NCBI GenBank assembly: GCA_051313645.2
Contig: JBNRSN020000015.1
Location: forward strand, 125,922,001-125,986,000
Reading direction: 5' to 3'
From: Centroscyllium fabricii
Lineage: Eukaryota
Length of the DNA stretch: 64,000 nt
Below, in pieces: positions 36,680 to 49,578 of this stretch (positions are counted from its first letter, which is position 1; each line of letters opens with the position of its first letter). The translations under genes were made by a program, and so were the position numbers. A model generated the notes under the pieces. That model was not told the origin of the DNA. It did not search any database and saw nothing but the letters and a program-made list of their open reading frames with translations.

Positions 36680-37400
36680 TTTTCAATCTTGTACAATGTA
36701 AAGAGACAGGGTTAATCAGCAATGTAATAGTAAAGGATCCTCTGGGGCAGAGTGATCATAATATGATAAAATTAATGTGAAATTCTGAGACTGACTTGCC
36801 TAAGTCCGAAACTAGAGTCTTAAACTTAAATAAAGCCAATTACATAGGTATGAGGGGTGAGTTGGCTGAGGTAGATTGGAAAATAGATTAAAAAGTATGG
36901 CAGTAGATAAGCAGTGGCTAACATTTAAAGAAATATATCATAATTCTCAACAAAAATGCATTTAATTGCGAAACAAAATCGCCACGGAAAAAGTGATCCA
37001 ACCGTGGCTGACTAAAGAAGTTGAGGACAGCATTAGATTGAAAGAAGAAGCTTATAATGTTGCAAAGAATAATAGTAAGCCTAAGGATTGGGAAAGTTTC
37101 AGAAACCAGCAAAGGTTGACCAAAGAAATTGATAATAAGGGAAAAAATAGAATGAGAAAAAACTAGCAAGAAATATAAAAGCAGATTGTAAGAGTTTCTA
37201 CAAGTATGGAAAAAACAAAAAAAAGTAGCAAAAGAAAACATTGGTCCTAGAGAGGCTGAGGCAGCAGAAAGTATTATGGGGAATAAGGAAATCGCAGAAA
37301 CGTTAAACAAATATTTTGTAACTGTCTTCACAGTAGAAGACACAAAAAGCAGATCAAAAATGGTGGCCAACCAAGGGTCTAATGAAGGTGAAGAACTTAT
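36680..37400 (+). mobile_element. Decayed CR1 ORF2 fragment (endonuclease linker)
   Basis: QPWLTKEVEDSIRLKEEAY. Homologous to the reverse complement of 53650-54350. Confidence 0.8.
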
Positions 37401-37719
37401 CATAACTAATCATAGAATCATAGAATCATAGAATCCCTACAGTGCAGATACAGGCCCTTTCAGCCCATCGAGCCTGCATCGACACATATCCCAGTAACCC
37501 CACATATTTAATCCCCCTAACACTAAGGGTCAATTTATCCTGGCCAATCAACCTAACCCGCACATCTTTGGACTGTGGGAGGAACCCGGAGCACCCGGAG
37601 GATACACACGCAGACACGGGGAGAATGTGCAAACTCCACACAGATAGTCACCCGAGGCCGGATTTGAACCCAGACCCCTGGCGCTGTGAGGCAACAGTGC
37701 TAACCACTATGCCACCGTG

Positions 37720-38220
37720 ATTTCTCTGCCTTCCACTTTTGCTTTTCTCCTTCCTTACTTCTGTTACCATCCTTGCTTCCCTTTCCTCTGTCTCCCTGCA
37801 CAGATTCCCAACCCCCTGCCGTTTTAGTTTAAACCATCCCCAACAGCATTAGCAAACTCTCCCCCTAAGACATAGGTTACGGACCCGCCAAAGTGCAACC
37901 ATCCAGTTTTTACTAGTCCCACCTCCCCCAGAACTGGTTCCAATGTCCCAGGAATTTGAATCCCTCCCCCTTGCACCGTTCCTCTAGCCACATCTTCATC
38001 TGAAATATCCTTCTATTTCTACTCTGACTAGCATGTGGCACTGGTAGCAATGCTGAGATTATTACCTGTGAGGTACTATTTTTTAATTTACCTCCTAACT
38101 CCCTATATTCAACTTTTAGGACCTCATCCCATTTTTTACCTATATCGTTGGTACCTACATGCACCACGACAACTGGCAGTTCATCCTTCCCCTCCAGAAT
38201 GCCCTGCAGCCGCCCTGAGA
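37720..38220 (-). mobile_element. CR1 ORF1 esterase (SGNH) fragment
   Basis: VHVGTNDIGKK...GFKFLGHWNQFWGRWD. A similar piece lies at 11520-11900. Confidence 0.82.
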
Positions 38221-38263
38221 CACGAAGGGCTGAAGGGCCTCTTTCTGCGCTGTATAACTCTAT

Positions 38264-39036
38264 GGGGAATAAATTGGGTCGCGCACGTTTTGGCGCACTA
38301 ATGTCGGTGTAGCGCTATTTTTAGCGCCTGCCGATCACTGGGGCCGTTAGCGCTGAAATTCGGCTGTAGCGCCCATAGTAGGAGGGCAGGCGCTAAAACA
38401 GGCGCCCACCTTCGCTCTTCAGGCGCTACGGCCGAAATCCCGGGCGCTGGGGGTCGCTGCGACATGCAGCGCAGAGTGGTGCGCCGTGGAACTGCAGGCC
38501 TTCCTCCCCGATTAAAGGGGACGGGTCTAGCACGGCTGCGATCGGAGCCCCGCGGGGCCGCCATTGGACGCCATGCAGCAGAAGGAGCCCGGCACTGGAG
38601 GGAAGTGCCGGGCTCAGTGGTCGGAGGCCTCACACCGCGTGGGGGGGGGGGGGGGCAGCGGGAGAGCCCGGGGGAGGCAGAAGGGAAGGTGTTGGCAGTC
38701 GGCCAGCAATAAAAATGGCCGCCCGGCACCCTCCCCTTTGAGCAGCGCTCCCCTGCTGCTGTTAGGGTTGGAAAAAGCTGTCGTGGGCAGCACCCGCCGA
38801 AAACTCAGCGGGCATTGCCCAATTTCAATCGTGGGCGCCACACTGGCGCTGCGCGCACTGATGACATCACCCCCGTTGGCGAGCAGCGCGAAATACTCAG
38901 TGGGGCGCTACCGGTTACCGCCCACCTTAGCGCCACACTGAATACTGCGGGAGGCGCAAGTGCAGGTGCTAAGCGTCTTGCGCACCATTAGCGCCCTGGT
39001 CTAACGGGCAGGCGCAAACCACCAAATTTCTAGTCC
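38264..39036. mobile_element. GC-rich Harbinger-like MITE
   Basis: Imperfect termini GGGGAATAAATTGG / CCAAATTTCTAGTCC interrupting a CR1 (ACTCTATG)n tail. Repeated GGCGCTAA/TTAGCGCC motifs. Confidence 0.6.
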
Positions 39037-39896
39037 TGTGACTCTATGAATATTTTCAATTCATAGAACCGAGGAATAGCCAAGCACTGCAGGCCAGGAC
39101 AGAGGTGCATGAAGGTCTTATTGGCCAGTCAACTCTGATTGCCATCGGGCAAGGTTTCCCAGTCCACGCATCGATTTGGGGCATTAACTGCGGGAGTTAA
39201 TGCCAATGATTTTCTGAAATGTGCCTGCAACAGACAGGGAACTCTACCAGAGAGTTGGCCAAAAAGATTCTTATTACTTACAATTAGGTATATTGCCAAT
39301 CACAGACCTCCTGATTGCTGTCCCTGTATATTTTCGCTACACACTGGATATGTTTTGCAGGGCCTTTGGACAACTAACGCTCGTCTTTCTGCTCGGAGAA
39401 TGAGGCACTGCAAGGTGGAGCAACAGTGAATTCAGCTCGTTAATACTACAGCGTGTTTTGCTGCTGCATTTGCCCCGATTATGCACTGACCCTCTTCATG
39501 CTGGTTTTCAGATGGATGCTTCCACTCAATGTGCTCTGAATTAATTAAAAGCGCAAATGTATAGCCAAGTGTAGAACTTCAACCACTTTCATTTATAAAG
39601 CACTTTTAATGTAGTATAAGATCCCAAGGTGCTTTACAGGAGCGATTATCAAACACGGTCAGGGGGGGATTTTCCTCGGTCCGTGAGGGCGGCGATCCGG
39701 CGAGGCGGGGCCTAAAATCGTGGAGCTGGGTGGTCCCCCAACCCCCCCCCGGCTTGTAAGTGTCAGGTGGCGTGTCCCGCCGTCCCGAATCCTTCCCGCC
39801 CGCCGCTGGCGGGGATGCTCGTTAAAGTAATTGGGGGCCCTTAATTGGTCTGCATAATGCCATTTTACGGGCCCTCACCTATTTTCCACCCCTTCT

Positions 39897-40560
39897 CAAC
39901 CAACAATGCAAAATCGGCGAGCAGAGGCTGATAGCCAAATTCCGCCCCCATGAGGACGGCCTCAACCGTGAAATTGGCTTCATGTCACGGTTGAGGCCGT
40001 CCTCATGGGTGCGGAATTTGTCTATCAGCCTCTGCTCGATGATTTTGCGTTGTCGTGTGTCTCGTAGGCCGCCTTGGAGAATGCTTACCCGAAAATCGGA
40101 GGCTGAATATCCTTGACTATGATATTGGCTTCATGTCGCGCTACATGTGACCCCGCTTGACATAGAGTCATCCAGACTCGAGTTGTCTTTGGCTTGTAAG
40201 GAAAATCCTTTTTTTTTAAAAATCATTCTGTGGGTTTTCACACAGACACAAGACTGCAACATTTGACCCTTTGTGACTATACCTCATTGATCTCAGACTT
40301 GTGCCTGATTAATATGTTAAAATATGTTAAACCACCTTTGTCTGCTCTGCATGTCTCTCTGCTGAGGTGTGATGTTGGGGACATTAGATTGCTCTCTCCC
40401 TTGTATATATGCTGTCTTCTAATGAACTTCTCTTTCACCCGAGGAAGGAGCTGCGCTCCGAAAGCTTGTGATTTCAAATAAAACTGTTGGACTATAACCT
40501 GGTGTTGTGTGACTTCTTGCGTTTGTCCACCCCAGTCCAACACCGGCACCTCCACATCAT
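39897..40560 (+). mobile_element. Penelope-like remnant with internal inversion
   Basis: Homologous to 27040-27545, with 39985-40118 inverted. Confidence 0.8.
40435..40471 (+). ncRNA. Degenerate hammerhead motif (family B)
   Basis: tcac-CCGAGGA-a-ggagc tgc gctcc-GAAA-gctt-gtga. U4 changed to C. Confidence 0.45.
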
Positions 40561-40619
40561 CATTATTAAAATAAGACAATGGTCAGCTCTGGATGAATGA
40601 TCTTGATTAAAACCTTTCG

Positions 40620-41161
40620 AGAATGACATGAGGTAAGGTACATCTGCCCTTTGCCCACATATGGTAAATTCTCAATAGCTGCTGATGATGTGGTAGTAAG
40701 AATTTTAGTAGGTCATCTAAAAGATGACTACTGATAGTTAACTTGGATTAACAGAAACCTTGTGAAAAACAACTGGAAAAGGCTATAAATATTGGAGTCT
40801 CGAATGAGATAATCAGACTCGTTTTAATCGGGCAAAGCGATTCTCGACTACAGGGGTGGCTCTGAAGTTTTTCACTCTTTTGCACCTCGGGGATTGAAGG
40901 TTACTGCTACCTTGATAATTGATGGATATCCTGTAATAAGAATAGTTTAAGAACTGAAATACTGTAGCGAAGTTAAGACATATAAGTAGGATTCTCTGTT
41001 AAGAATAAGATTGTATTTTTTCTCTTTTTAAAACTGTGAATGTTTCGATTTGACTGATCCAGCTGTAAATTGCATGTCATTTTTTAAAAATAAATCTCTA
41101 TATTTTTAGAATTGTCTCATAAGTTTTCTGTATCAATAACTCACAAACCCAATCTTTGTGC
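40620..41161 (+). mobile_element. Possible highly decayed Penelope-type RT C-terminus (target site of the Gypsy insertion)
   Basis: Broken frames give RFNRAKRFST and LIIDGYP. Weak. Confidence 0.3.
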
Positions 41162-44100
41162 TGTGGCGACACGCCCACCAGGACCATCGAATCCGCCTCG
41201 GGAGTACTGCGAGACGGCCCCGCCCGCCGGGCGGCGTGATGACGACACCGCGACTTCCGGCGTGATGACGTCGCCAGGTGGACACCTGGCAGTGACGTCA
41301 CCAACCGCAGGTCCTTTAAATACCTTGGTTCCAGGTGGCTCACTCTCTTTCGCTACCTGGCCATAGCTGAGTTAACATTAAATGATTGTTTTCCGAATCT
41401 TCTGTGTCCAGCGTGGTTCTTCAGGCCTGCATGCCTCTACAGTGGTGACCTCGATACTTGGAACGAATTCCAAGGGAACATAATGAAGCAGTTGCTGCAG
41501 GACTGAGGGCCAAGCTGCCTCAGTTGAATCACAACCACCATGTCAGCAGGGAGCCAAACAGCACGACTCCACAGACGGGGCCAGAACTACGGCCAAATCC
41601 CAAACTTACCAGAGTTCTGGGAACTCCGTCCAGCGGCCTGGTTCCTCAACACAGAGAACACCTACCGCATCCATGGCGTACAGGGGGACGATCGATACAG
41701 CCTGCTCTTCGCGGCCCTTACACAGCCCACGATCGACCGAATGTGGTCATCCATACAGCACGAACCAACTGCTGGCAGGTATGAAACGCTACAAAAATTC
41801 ACCCCCACCCAATTTGAGCACGACTGCCAGCTCATTAACCTCCCCGAACTCGGGGACGCAGACCCATCGGACCTCTGGGCCCAAATGGAAGCGGTCAATT
41901 GCGACCCGGCCACCATTAAGCGCGCCTTGTTCCTCCTTAAACTGCCCCCCTCCGTCAGACCGGCTCTGACGGTCCTTGAGCACTATACCAAGGAGCAACT
42001 GGCTCAGGAGGCCGACAAGCTGATGAGGGCCGAGCGCACCCGAGCCGCCATGGGCCAACCCACCGCCGCTCAACCGGAGCAGTACTACGCGCACCCCAGG
42101 CCCAGCCCCAGGTCCCAACCCAGACCGGTGCGGACCCGTAAAAAGCCACGCACCACAGGCCCCGGCTGGTGCTACTACCACACCAGGTTTGAAGCTGAAG
42201 CGCAGCGCTGCGTCCAGCCCTGCACCTTCAAACCCCAAACCAGCCCAAGCCCCACCATGTCCGTAGGCCGCTCTGGAGCACTGCTCTTTGTCACGGACAG
42301 TGGCTCAGGCCTCCGCTTCCTCTGCGACACAGGCGCGCAGCACAGCATCATGCCAGCCTCCCCCGCAGAAACCAAGCAAGGCACCCAAGGCCCACCACTC
42401 GAAGCCACAAACGGCTCCGAGATAGTTACGTTCGGCACCCACCAGCTTACCATCAAGCTAGCAGGCCACACGTACAAGTGGGACTTCATCACAGCCCAAG
42501 TCAAAATACCCCTACTCGGGGCCGACTTTCTGTGCGCCCACGGCCTCCTGGTCGACGTTACCCGACGCCGCCTGGTCGACATCCACAACATGTCGACCAT
42601 CCCATGCTCCACAGGGCCGGCACACCAGACCCACGCAGCGTCCCACTGCCGAGCCCGGAACTCCGACACGTACGCCACGCTCCTCGCGGAGTTCCCAGCC
42701 CTAACCAACCCCACCTTCACAGCCCGTACGGCCAAGCACAGGGTGGAGCACCACATCACCACCGCAGGCCCCCCAGTCCATGCCCACGCACGTAGGCTGG
42801 ACCCGGCCAAGCTGGAGATCGCGCGCGCCGAGTTCCACATCATGGAACAACTCGGCATAATCCGCCGCTCCAGCAGCCCCTGGGCCTCTCCCCTCCACAT
42901 TGCCCCCAAACCCGGCGGCGGCTGGCGCCCCTGCTGGAGACTACCGCCGCCTCAACAACGCCACCACCCCGGACAGGTACCCCGTCCCCCACATCCAAGA
43001 TTTCTCAGCATGGCTAGCCGGCTGCACGGTCTTTTCCAAGATCGACCTGGTACGGGGCTACCACCAGGTACCAGTGCACCCGGCGGACGTCCCTAAGACA
43101 GCCGTCATTACCCCATTTGGATTATTTGAATTCCTCCGAATGCCCTTCGGACTCAAAAACGCGGCCCAGGCCTTCCAACGCCTCATGGACTCAGTCCTGC
43201 GGGACTTGCAGTTCACGTTCGTCTACCTAGACGACATCCTCGTGGCCAGCACCTCCCCCCAGGAACACCTCCTCCATCTCAGGGCCCTTTTCAACCGCCT
43301 GGCCGAACACGGCCTTATATTAAGCCCCTCCAAATGTCGATTCGGCCTCGAGACGATCGACTTCCTCGGCCACCGTATTTCCCAGACCCGTATTTCCCAT
43401 ACCCCTGCCCTCCAAGGTGCAGGCGGTTCAGGAATTTCCCCGCCCGCACTCCATCAAGGGGCTGCAGGAATTCCTCGGGATGGTTAACTTCTATAACCGC
43501 TTCATCCCAGGAGCAGCCGCTCTCATGGCACCCCTCTATCAGGCCACCCGCGGGCAGTCCAACAAGGCTGCGGTCGAGTGAACGGCCGAAGCCTCCACCG
43601 CCTTTACCGCAACCAAAACCGCCCTGGCTAACGCCACGCTCCTCAGCCACCCTAGGCCCAACGCCAGAGTAGCCCTCACCACCGACGCCTCCGACCGCGC
43701 CGTCGGAGCAGTCTTTGAGCAGTGGACAGGTGACTCCTGGCAACCCCTGGCCTTTTTCAGCCGACAACTCTGGTCCCCGGAGGTCAAGTACAGCACCTTC
43801 GATAGGGAGCTACTCGCTCTCTACCTCGCAGTGCGCCACTTCCGCTTCCTCCTAGAGGGCCGCCACTTTACAGCCTTCGTGGATCACAAGCCACTCGTGT
43901 CAGCAATGGCTAAGATCTCCGAACCCTGGTCGGCCAGGCAGCAGCGCCAGCTCGCGGCTGTGTCGGAGTTTACCACCGACATACAGCACATCACCGGCCG
44001 CGACAACGTGGTCGCTGACTGCCCCTCACGCCCCACCATCAACTCCGTTCAAACGGCCGTCGACTACGCCAAACTGGCGGCCGACCAACTGACCGACCCC

Positions 44101-45780
44101 GATCTGCTCGACCCAGCTACCAACCTCCCCGGCCTGCTCTTGGCCACCATAGCACACGGGCCCACAGCCACGGAGGTCCGCTGCGACGTCTCCCTCCCGC
44201 AGCCCAGACCCGTCGTTCCCCACGCATGGAGGTGACACATCTTCCAGACCCTCCATGACCTGTCCCACCCCGGTGTCCGCGCGTCCACAAAGCTGATCTC
44301 TGCGCGATTCGTTTGGCGCGGCCTGCGCAAGGATGTCCGCGCCTGGACCAACACCTGCAATGCCTGCCAGCGCGCCAAGGTGCACGAGCACATCAAGGCA
44401 CCAGTGGAAACGATCGCCATCCCAGCTAGACGCTTCAGCCACGTCCACATCGACCTGGTCGGACCACTACCACCATCACGGGGACATACACATGTCATGA
44501 CCATGGTCGACCGCAGCACCCGCTGGCCAGAAGCGGCCCCCCTCACCGCTACCACCACCGCGGACCTGGCCAGGGCCTTCATTGCCACCTGGGTCGCACG
44601 TTTCGGCGTCCCCACCGACATCACATCAGACAGGGGCCCCCAATTTACCTCAACCCTATGGGCAACCATCGCCCACGACCTCGGGGCAACCCTGCACCGA
44701 ACCACCGCCTACCACCCACAGGCCAATGGCCTCTGCGAACGGTTCCACCGCTCCATCAAAGCTTCCTTGCGGGCCAGCCTCAAAGACGCGACCTGGACCG
44801 ACCGCCTGCCCTGGGTAATGCTCGGCCTGCGTTCAGCGGCCAAGGAAGACCTGCACGCCTCAGCGGCGGAACTTGTCTATGGCCAACCCCTAACCGTACC
44901 AGGTGAGTTCGTCGCAGAAACCAACGCCCCCTGGTCAGTCGACCGCTGCCTCAAAGACTTCAATAACCAGGCAGCGGCGTTCAAACCACTTCCGGTGGCC
45001 CGGCACGGAGAGCCGGCAGCACGTGTTCCAGACGGCATCGAAAATGCCAAGTATGTGTTTGTCCGCCACGACGCACATCGAACACCACTACAGCCACTGT
45101 ACGACGGACCGTACAGAGTGTTTCGGGCGGGACCTAAAACGTTCCAGATTAAAATGGGCAACAGAGCTGAGACTGTCTCAATCGACCGGCTCAAACCGGC
45201 ACATGTAATGGCGGGTGAGACAACAGTCCCCGCGCAGCCACCAAAGCGCGGATGCCCTACCGCACCAAAGCCCGCCCACACTCCAACGCAGAACAAGGAG
45301 CAGCGCACGACATGTGCTTGCCGCATCATCAGGCCACCTCAACGCCTCGCCTGAGACTACACGGGCGGGCCGCATCATCAGGCCACCTCAACACCTCGCC
45401 TGAGACTCAACTTTTATGCTCCATTTTTTTATTTTACTTTATGATCCTTTCTACTTTAGCTTAAACTTCGCTCTCCCTCACAGATTCTGGGGGGGAGCTG
45501 TGTGGCGACACGCCCACCAGGACCATCGAATCCGCCTCGGGAGTACTGCGAGACGGCCCCGCCCGCCGGGCGGCGTGATGACGTCACCGCGACTTCCGGC
45601 GTGATGACGTCGCCAGGTGGACACCCGGCAGCGACGTCACCAACCGCGGGTCCTTTAAATACCTTGGTTCCAGGTGGCTCACTCTCTTTCGCTACCTGGC
45701 CATAGCTGAGTTAACATTAAATGATTGTTTTCCGAATCTTCTGTGTCCAGCGTGGTTCTTCAGGCCTGCATGCCTCTACA
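41162..45780 (+). mobile_element. Full-length but disabled Ty3/Gypsy LTR retrotransposon (gag-PR-RT-RNaseH-IN)
   Basis: 280-bp TG...CA LTRs at 41162-41441 and 45501-45780 (4 differences by eye), TSD GTGC, PBS TGGTGACCTCGA (tRNA-Trp-like), G-rich PPT before 45501. Motifs: FLCDTGA protease, FVYLDDILV RT, TDAS/DRELLA RNase H, HHCC and DDE integrase. Frameshifts near 42935 and 43400; stops near 43579 and 44233. Confidence 0.95.
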
Positions 45781-47257
45781 GTGCACTCTTTAGTGAAGAG
45801 TTACATTTTCTGAAGGAAATATCCAGGCCCTCATAATATCTGGGACTTTACTGTCTGGCTAAACTTATTAAAAGCGCTATCTGGAGGACGGTAACATTCC
45901 CGGGTTCTTCCTTTCCTTTCGGGAGAGAGAGTCCGGACCTTTAGACCAAGTTAAGCGTCTTTAGGATTCGGCTACCTCAACCTTTAGTTGAAGGTGAACA
46001 TCTGAGAAATACGCCTGATCCGGGGTAGCCCCAAAGGGGCTAGGACAAGTAAACATCCTTTCAGAAGGAGCATTGAGTCGAGTCTGGAGGTAATAAAGGC
46101 ACAGATGAGTTGAAGAGGTTCCGCTACCTGTATCCACAAGGACCCAGTGCTTTTGGCCAAGTATTTTCTTTTTTGATGTCCTGCCAACCGTTGTGTGCCA
46201 GGCTACATGATGGCATAGAACTGCTGCTGAAGGAGTGCCAACTGGGTGCTGCTTTGGTACTCAATGCATACCATTGATGGGAGTGTAACTTCTCACAACC
46301 TCCACTGATCTGCATGAAAATATAGCTGTGGGCATCGATGAGGGTTCGGCATCCACCCACCATGGCTATCCCGAAGCATGACCATGCTGGCCATGACTGT
46401 GCCTTGACTCCAAACATAGAAAAAAGGCTGTATACCAGCAGTGGAAGCATTCAAGAGAGATTGAGGGAGTGCTGCACAGTCGGAGGTGCTGTCTTTTGGA
46501 TGAGGCGTTTAACTGAGGCCCGGTCTGCTCTCTCAGGTGGATGTAAAAGATCCCGAAGCACTATTTTAAAGAAGAGGCGGGGAGTTATCCCCAGTGTCCT
46601 GACCAATATTTATCCCTCAATCGCTGACTTGAAAATATATCGGCCGTTCCTTCATCGTCGCTGGGACAAAATCCTGGAACTCCCTCCCTAACAGCACTGT
46701 GGGAGCACCTTCACCACACGGACTGCAGTGGTTCAAGAGGGCGGCTCACCACCACCTTCCCGAGGGCAGTTAGGGAAGGGCAATAAATCCAGACCGTGCC
46801 GGCGACGCCCACATCCCAGGAACCAATAAAATCCTCACTACAAACGGATTATCTGGTCATTATCAAATTGCTGTTTGTGGGAGCTTGCTGTGCGCAAATT
46901 GGCTGCCATGTTTCCTACATTACAACAGTGACTACACTTCATAAAGTACTTCATTGGCTGTAAAGCGCGTTGGGACGTCCGGTGGTCTTGAAGATGGTTT
47001 GTGTAGAAATGTAAGTCTTTCTTTTTCTTTATACCACTGTGCCTATAGCTTGTGTGGGTGAGGGTTCCCTGCAGATACCACTGGTGTTGCCAAGTGCTCA
47101 GCAGCAGATGGAGTGGGCATGTGTTAAATCACCGATTTTACAACCAATTGCTAATTGGATAGTTAGATGAAGCCAGTAAAGTTCAGGTGGTTTAAAATGT
47201 CCAGATTTTAAAAACTTTTAAAACTTGCTTTGCAATGTAAGTGAAAGAACACAGTTA

Positions 47258-48120
47258 CATAAGAAGTAGGAGCAGAAGTCGGCCACACGGCCCCTCGGGC
47301 CTGCTCCGCCGTTCAATAGGATCATGGCTGATCTGAACTTAGACTCATGTCCACTTCCCTGCCCTCTCCCCGTAACCCCTTATTCCCTTATCAGCTAGGA
47401 AACTGTCTATCTTCGTTTTAAATTTATTTAATGTCGCAGCTTCCACAGCTCTCTGAGGTAGCAAATTCCACAGATTTACTACCCTCTGAGTGAAGAAGTT
47501 TCTCCTCATCTCAGTTTAGAAAGGGCAGCCCCTTATTCTCAGATTATACCCCCGAGTTCTAGTCTCACCCAGCAGTGGAAACATCCTCACCGCATCCACC
47601 CGATCAAGCCCCCTCACAATCTTATATGTTTCGATAAGATCGCCTCTCACTCTTCTGAACTCCAATGAGTAGAGGCCCAACCTACTCAACCTTTCCTCAT
47701 AAGTCAACCCCCTCATCTCCGGAATCAACCGAGTGAACCTTCTCTGAACTGCCTCGAGAGCAAGTATATCTTTTCTTAAATATGGAAACCGAAACTGTAC
47801 GCAGTATTCCAGGTGTGGCCTCACCAGTACCCTGTATAACTGCAGCAAGACCTCCCTGCTTTTATACTCCATCCCCTTAGCAATAAAAGCCAAGATACAA
47901 TTGGCCTTCCTGATCACCTGCTGCACCTGCAGACTAACCTTCTGTGTTTCATGCACCAGGACCTCCAGATCCCTTTGTACTGTAGCACTTTGCAGTTTCT
48001 CTCCATTTAGATAATAACTTATTCTTTGAGTTTTTCTGCCAAAGTGCATAACCTCACACTTTCCAACATTATATTCCATCTGCCAAATTTTTGCCCACTC
48101 ACTTAGCCTGTCTGTGTCCT
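47258..48120 (-). mobile_element. CR1 3' fragment
   Basis: ORF 47516-48079 with canonical motifs. Confidence 0.92.
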
Positions 48121-48359
48121 TATGTTACAGTTATTATGCTATCCTCGATGACCTGACTATTGGGTTTATTTTCAAAACTGGCCGCCTTGCTAGGCCACTT
48201 CAGAGAGTATTAAAGCCACAGGGTGCCGGACTGGAGTCACCTGTCAGGCTGGCGGGTTCCCTTTACCCAAAGAACATTATTCCAGTGGGTTTTTATGAAA
48301 TGCCGACACTTTTAATGAAGGGTTTCCCTTTCAATAGTCTTATCATCTCCATGAAGAAG

Positions 48360-48847
48360 TGGAGGCGGTGGCGTAGTGGTTATGTCACTAGACTAGTAAG
48401 CCAGAGGCTCAGTCAAATGCTCTGAGGATATGGGTTCAAATCCCACCACGGCAGCTGGTGGAATTTAAATTCAATTCAATTCAATTTAATTCTGGAATTA
48501 AATGTTAGTCTTAGTAATGGCGACCATGATACCATTGTCGATTGTTGCAAAAACCCATCTGGTTCACTAATGTCCTTTAGGGAAGGAAATCTGCCGTCCT
48601 TACCCGGTCTGGCCTACATGTGACTCCAGACCCACAGCAATGTGGTTGGCTCTTAATGCCCTCTGAAATGGCCTGGCGAGTCACTCAGTTGTAAACAACC
48701 GCTACGCAACATTGTGGGTGTACCTACACCATATGGACTGCAGCAGTTCAAGAAGGTGGCTCACCACCATCTTCTCAAGGGCAATTAGGGATGGGCACTA
48801 AATGCAGGCCTAGCCAGCCAGCGACGCCCACATCCCGTCAATGAATT
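48360..48847 (+). mobile_element. Third tRNA-derived SINE family with the tail of the second CR1-clade LINE
   Basis: A box TGGCGTAGTGG, B box GGTTCAAATCC. The last ~140 bp match 50790-50930. Inverted copy at 25430-25895, degenerate copy at 19335-19680. Confidence 0.8.
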
Positions 48848-49395
48848 AAAAAAAAGTGTTTTGCATACAATGAATTACTGTTAAAGTGTAGTTGCTGTTT
48901 TGCAGAAGGCGCAGTAGCCATTTTGTCACACAGCAAGATCCCACTGATGAGCTGAAATTGGCAATTAACCAGTTAGTTGAGGATAAATGTTGGACAGAGG
49001 AGTTCCCTCTTCTTTGAATAGTCCCAACTGAACCAGTAGAACAGGTAGTCACAGGTTCTCGGTTGGACATCTCATCTGAAGGGCGGCACCTCTGATAATG
49101 CAACACTTGTGTGAAAGTCCCAGTGACTGTGTCTGGAGTGGGAGGAAAGGGTGCTACCCACTGAGCCAAGCTGACATAACGCACCATTGAGCCAAGCTCC
49201 AATGCCTCTTAATATAATTAACATTACCTTGTTATTTAACGAGCATTTAAGAGCAAGCTGGATAAATACACAGGGGAGAAATGAATAGGAGGTTATGCGA
49301 TAGCAAAATACTGTGGATGCTGGAAATCTGAAATAACAACAGAAAACGCTGGTGAAACTCAGCAGGCCAGGCAGCATCGGTGGAGAGAGAAACAG

Positions 49396-49432
49396 AGTTA
49401 ACGTTTCAGGTCGACGACCTTTCATCAGAACT
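49396..49432 (-). ncRNA. Minimal type I hammerhead ribozyme motif (family A), sense to SYT9
   Basis: Minus strand: agtt-CTGATGA-a-aggtc gtc gacct-GAAA-cg-TT-aact. Confidence 0.8.
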
Positions 49433-49578
49433 GGGGAAAACAGGAGAGGGGAGATAGATTTTAAAGCAAGTAGGGGCTGGGGAAAGGGGGAGGGATCCCC
49501 GTTGTTCTTTCACCCCCCTCCTCCTTTCCCCAGCCCCCACAAGCTTTAAAATCTATCTCCCCTCTCCTGTTTTTCTCC

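Noticed and set aside
38264-39036. CpG island or promoter
   Set aside because: Bounded by TIR-like ends and sitting inside a CR1 tail. Better explained as a MITE.
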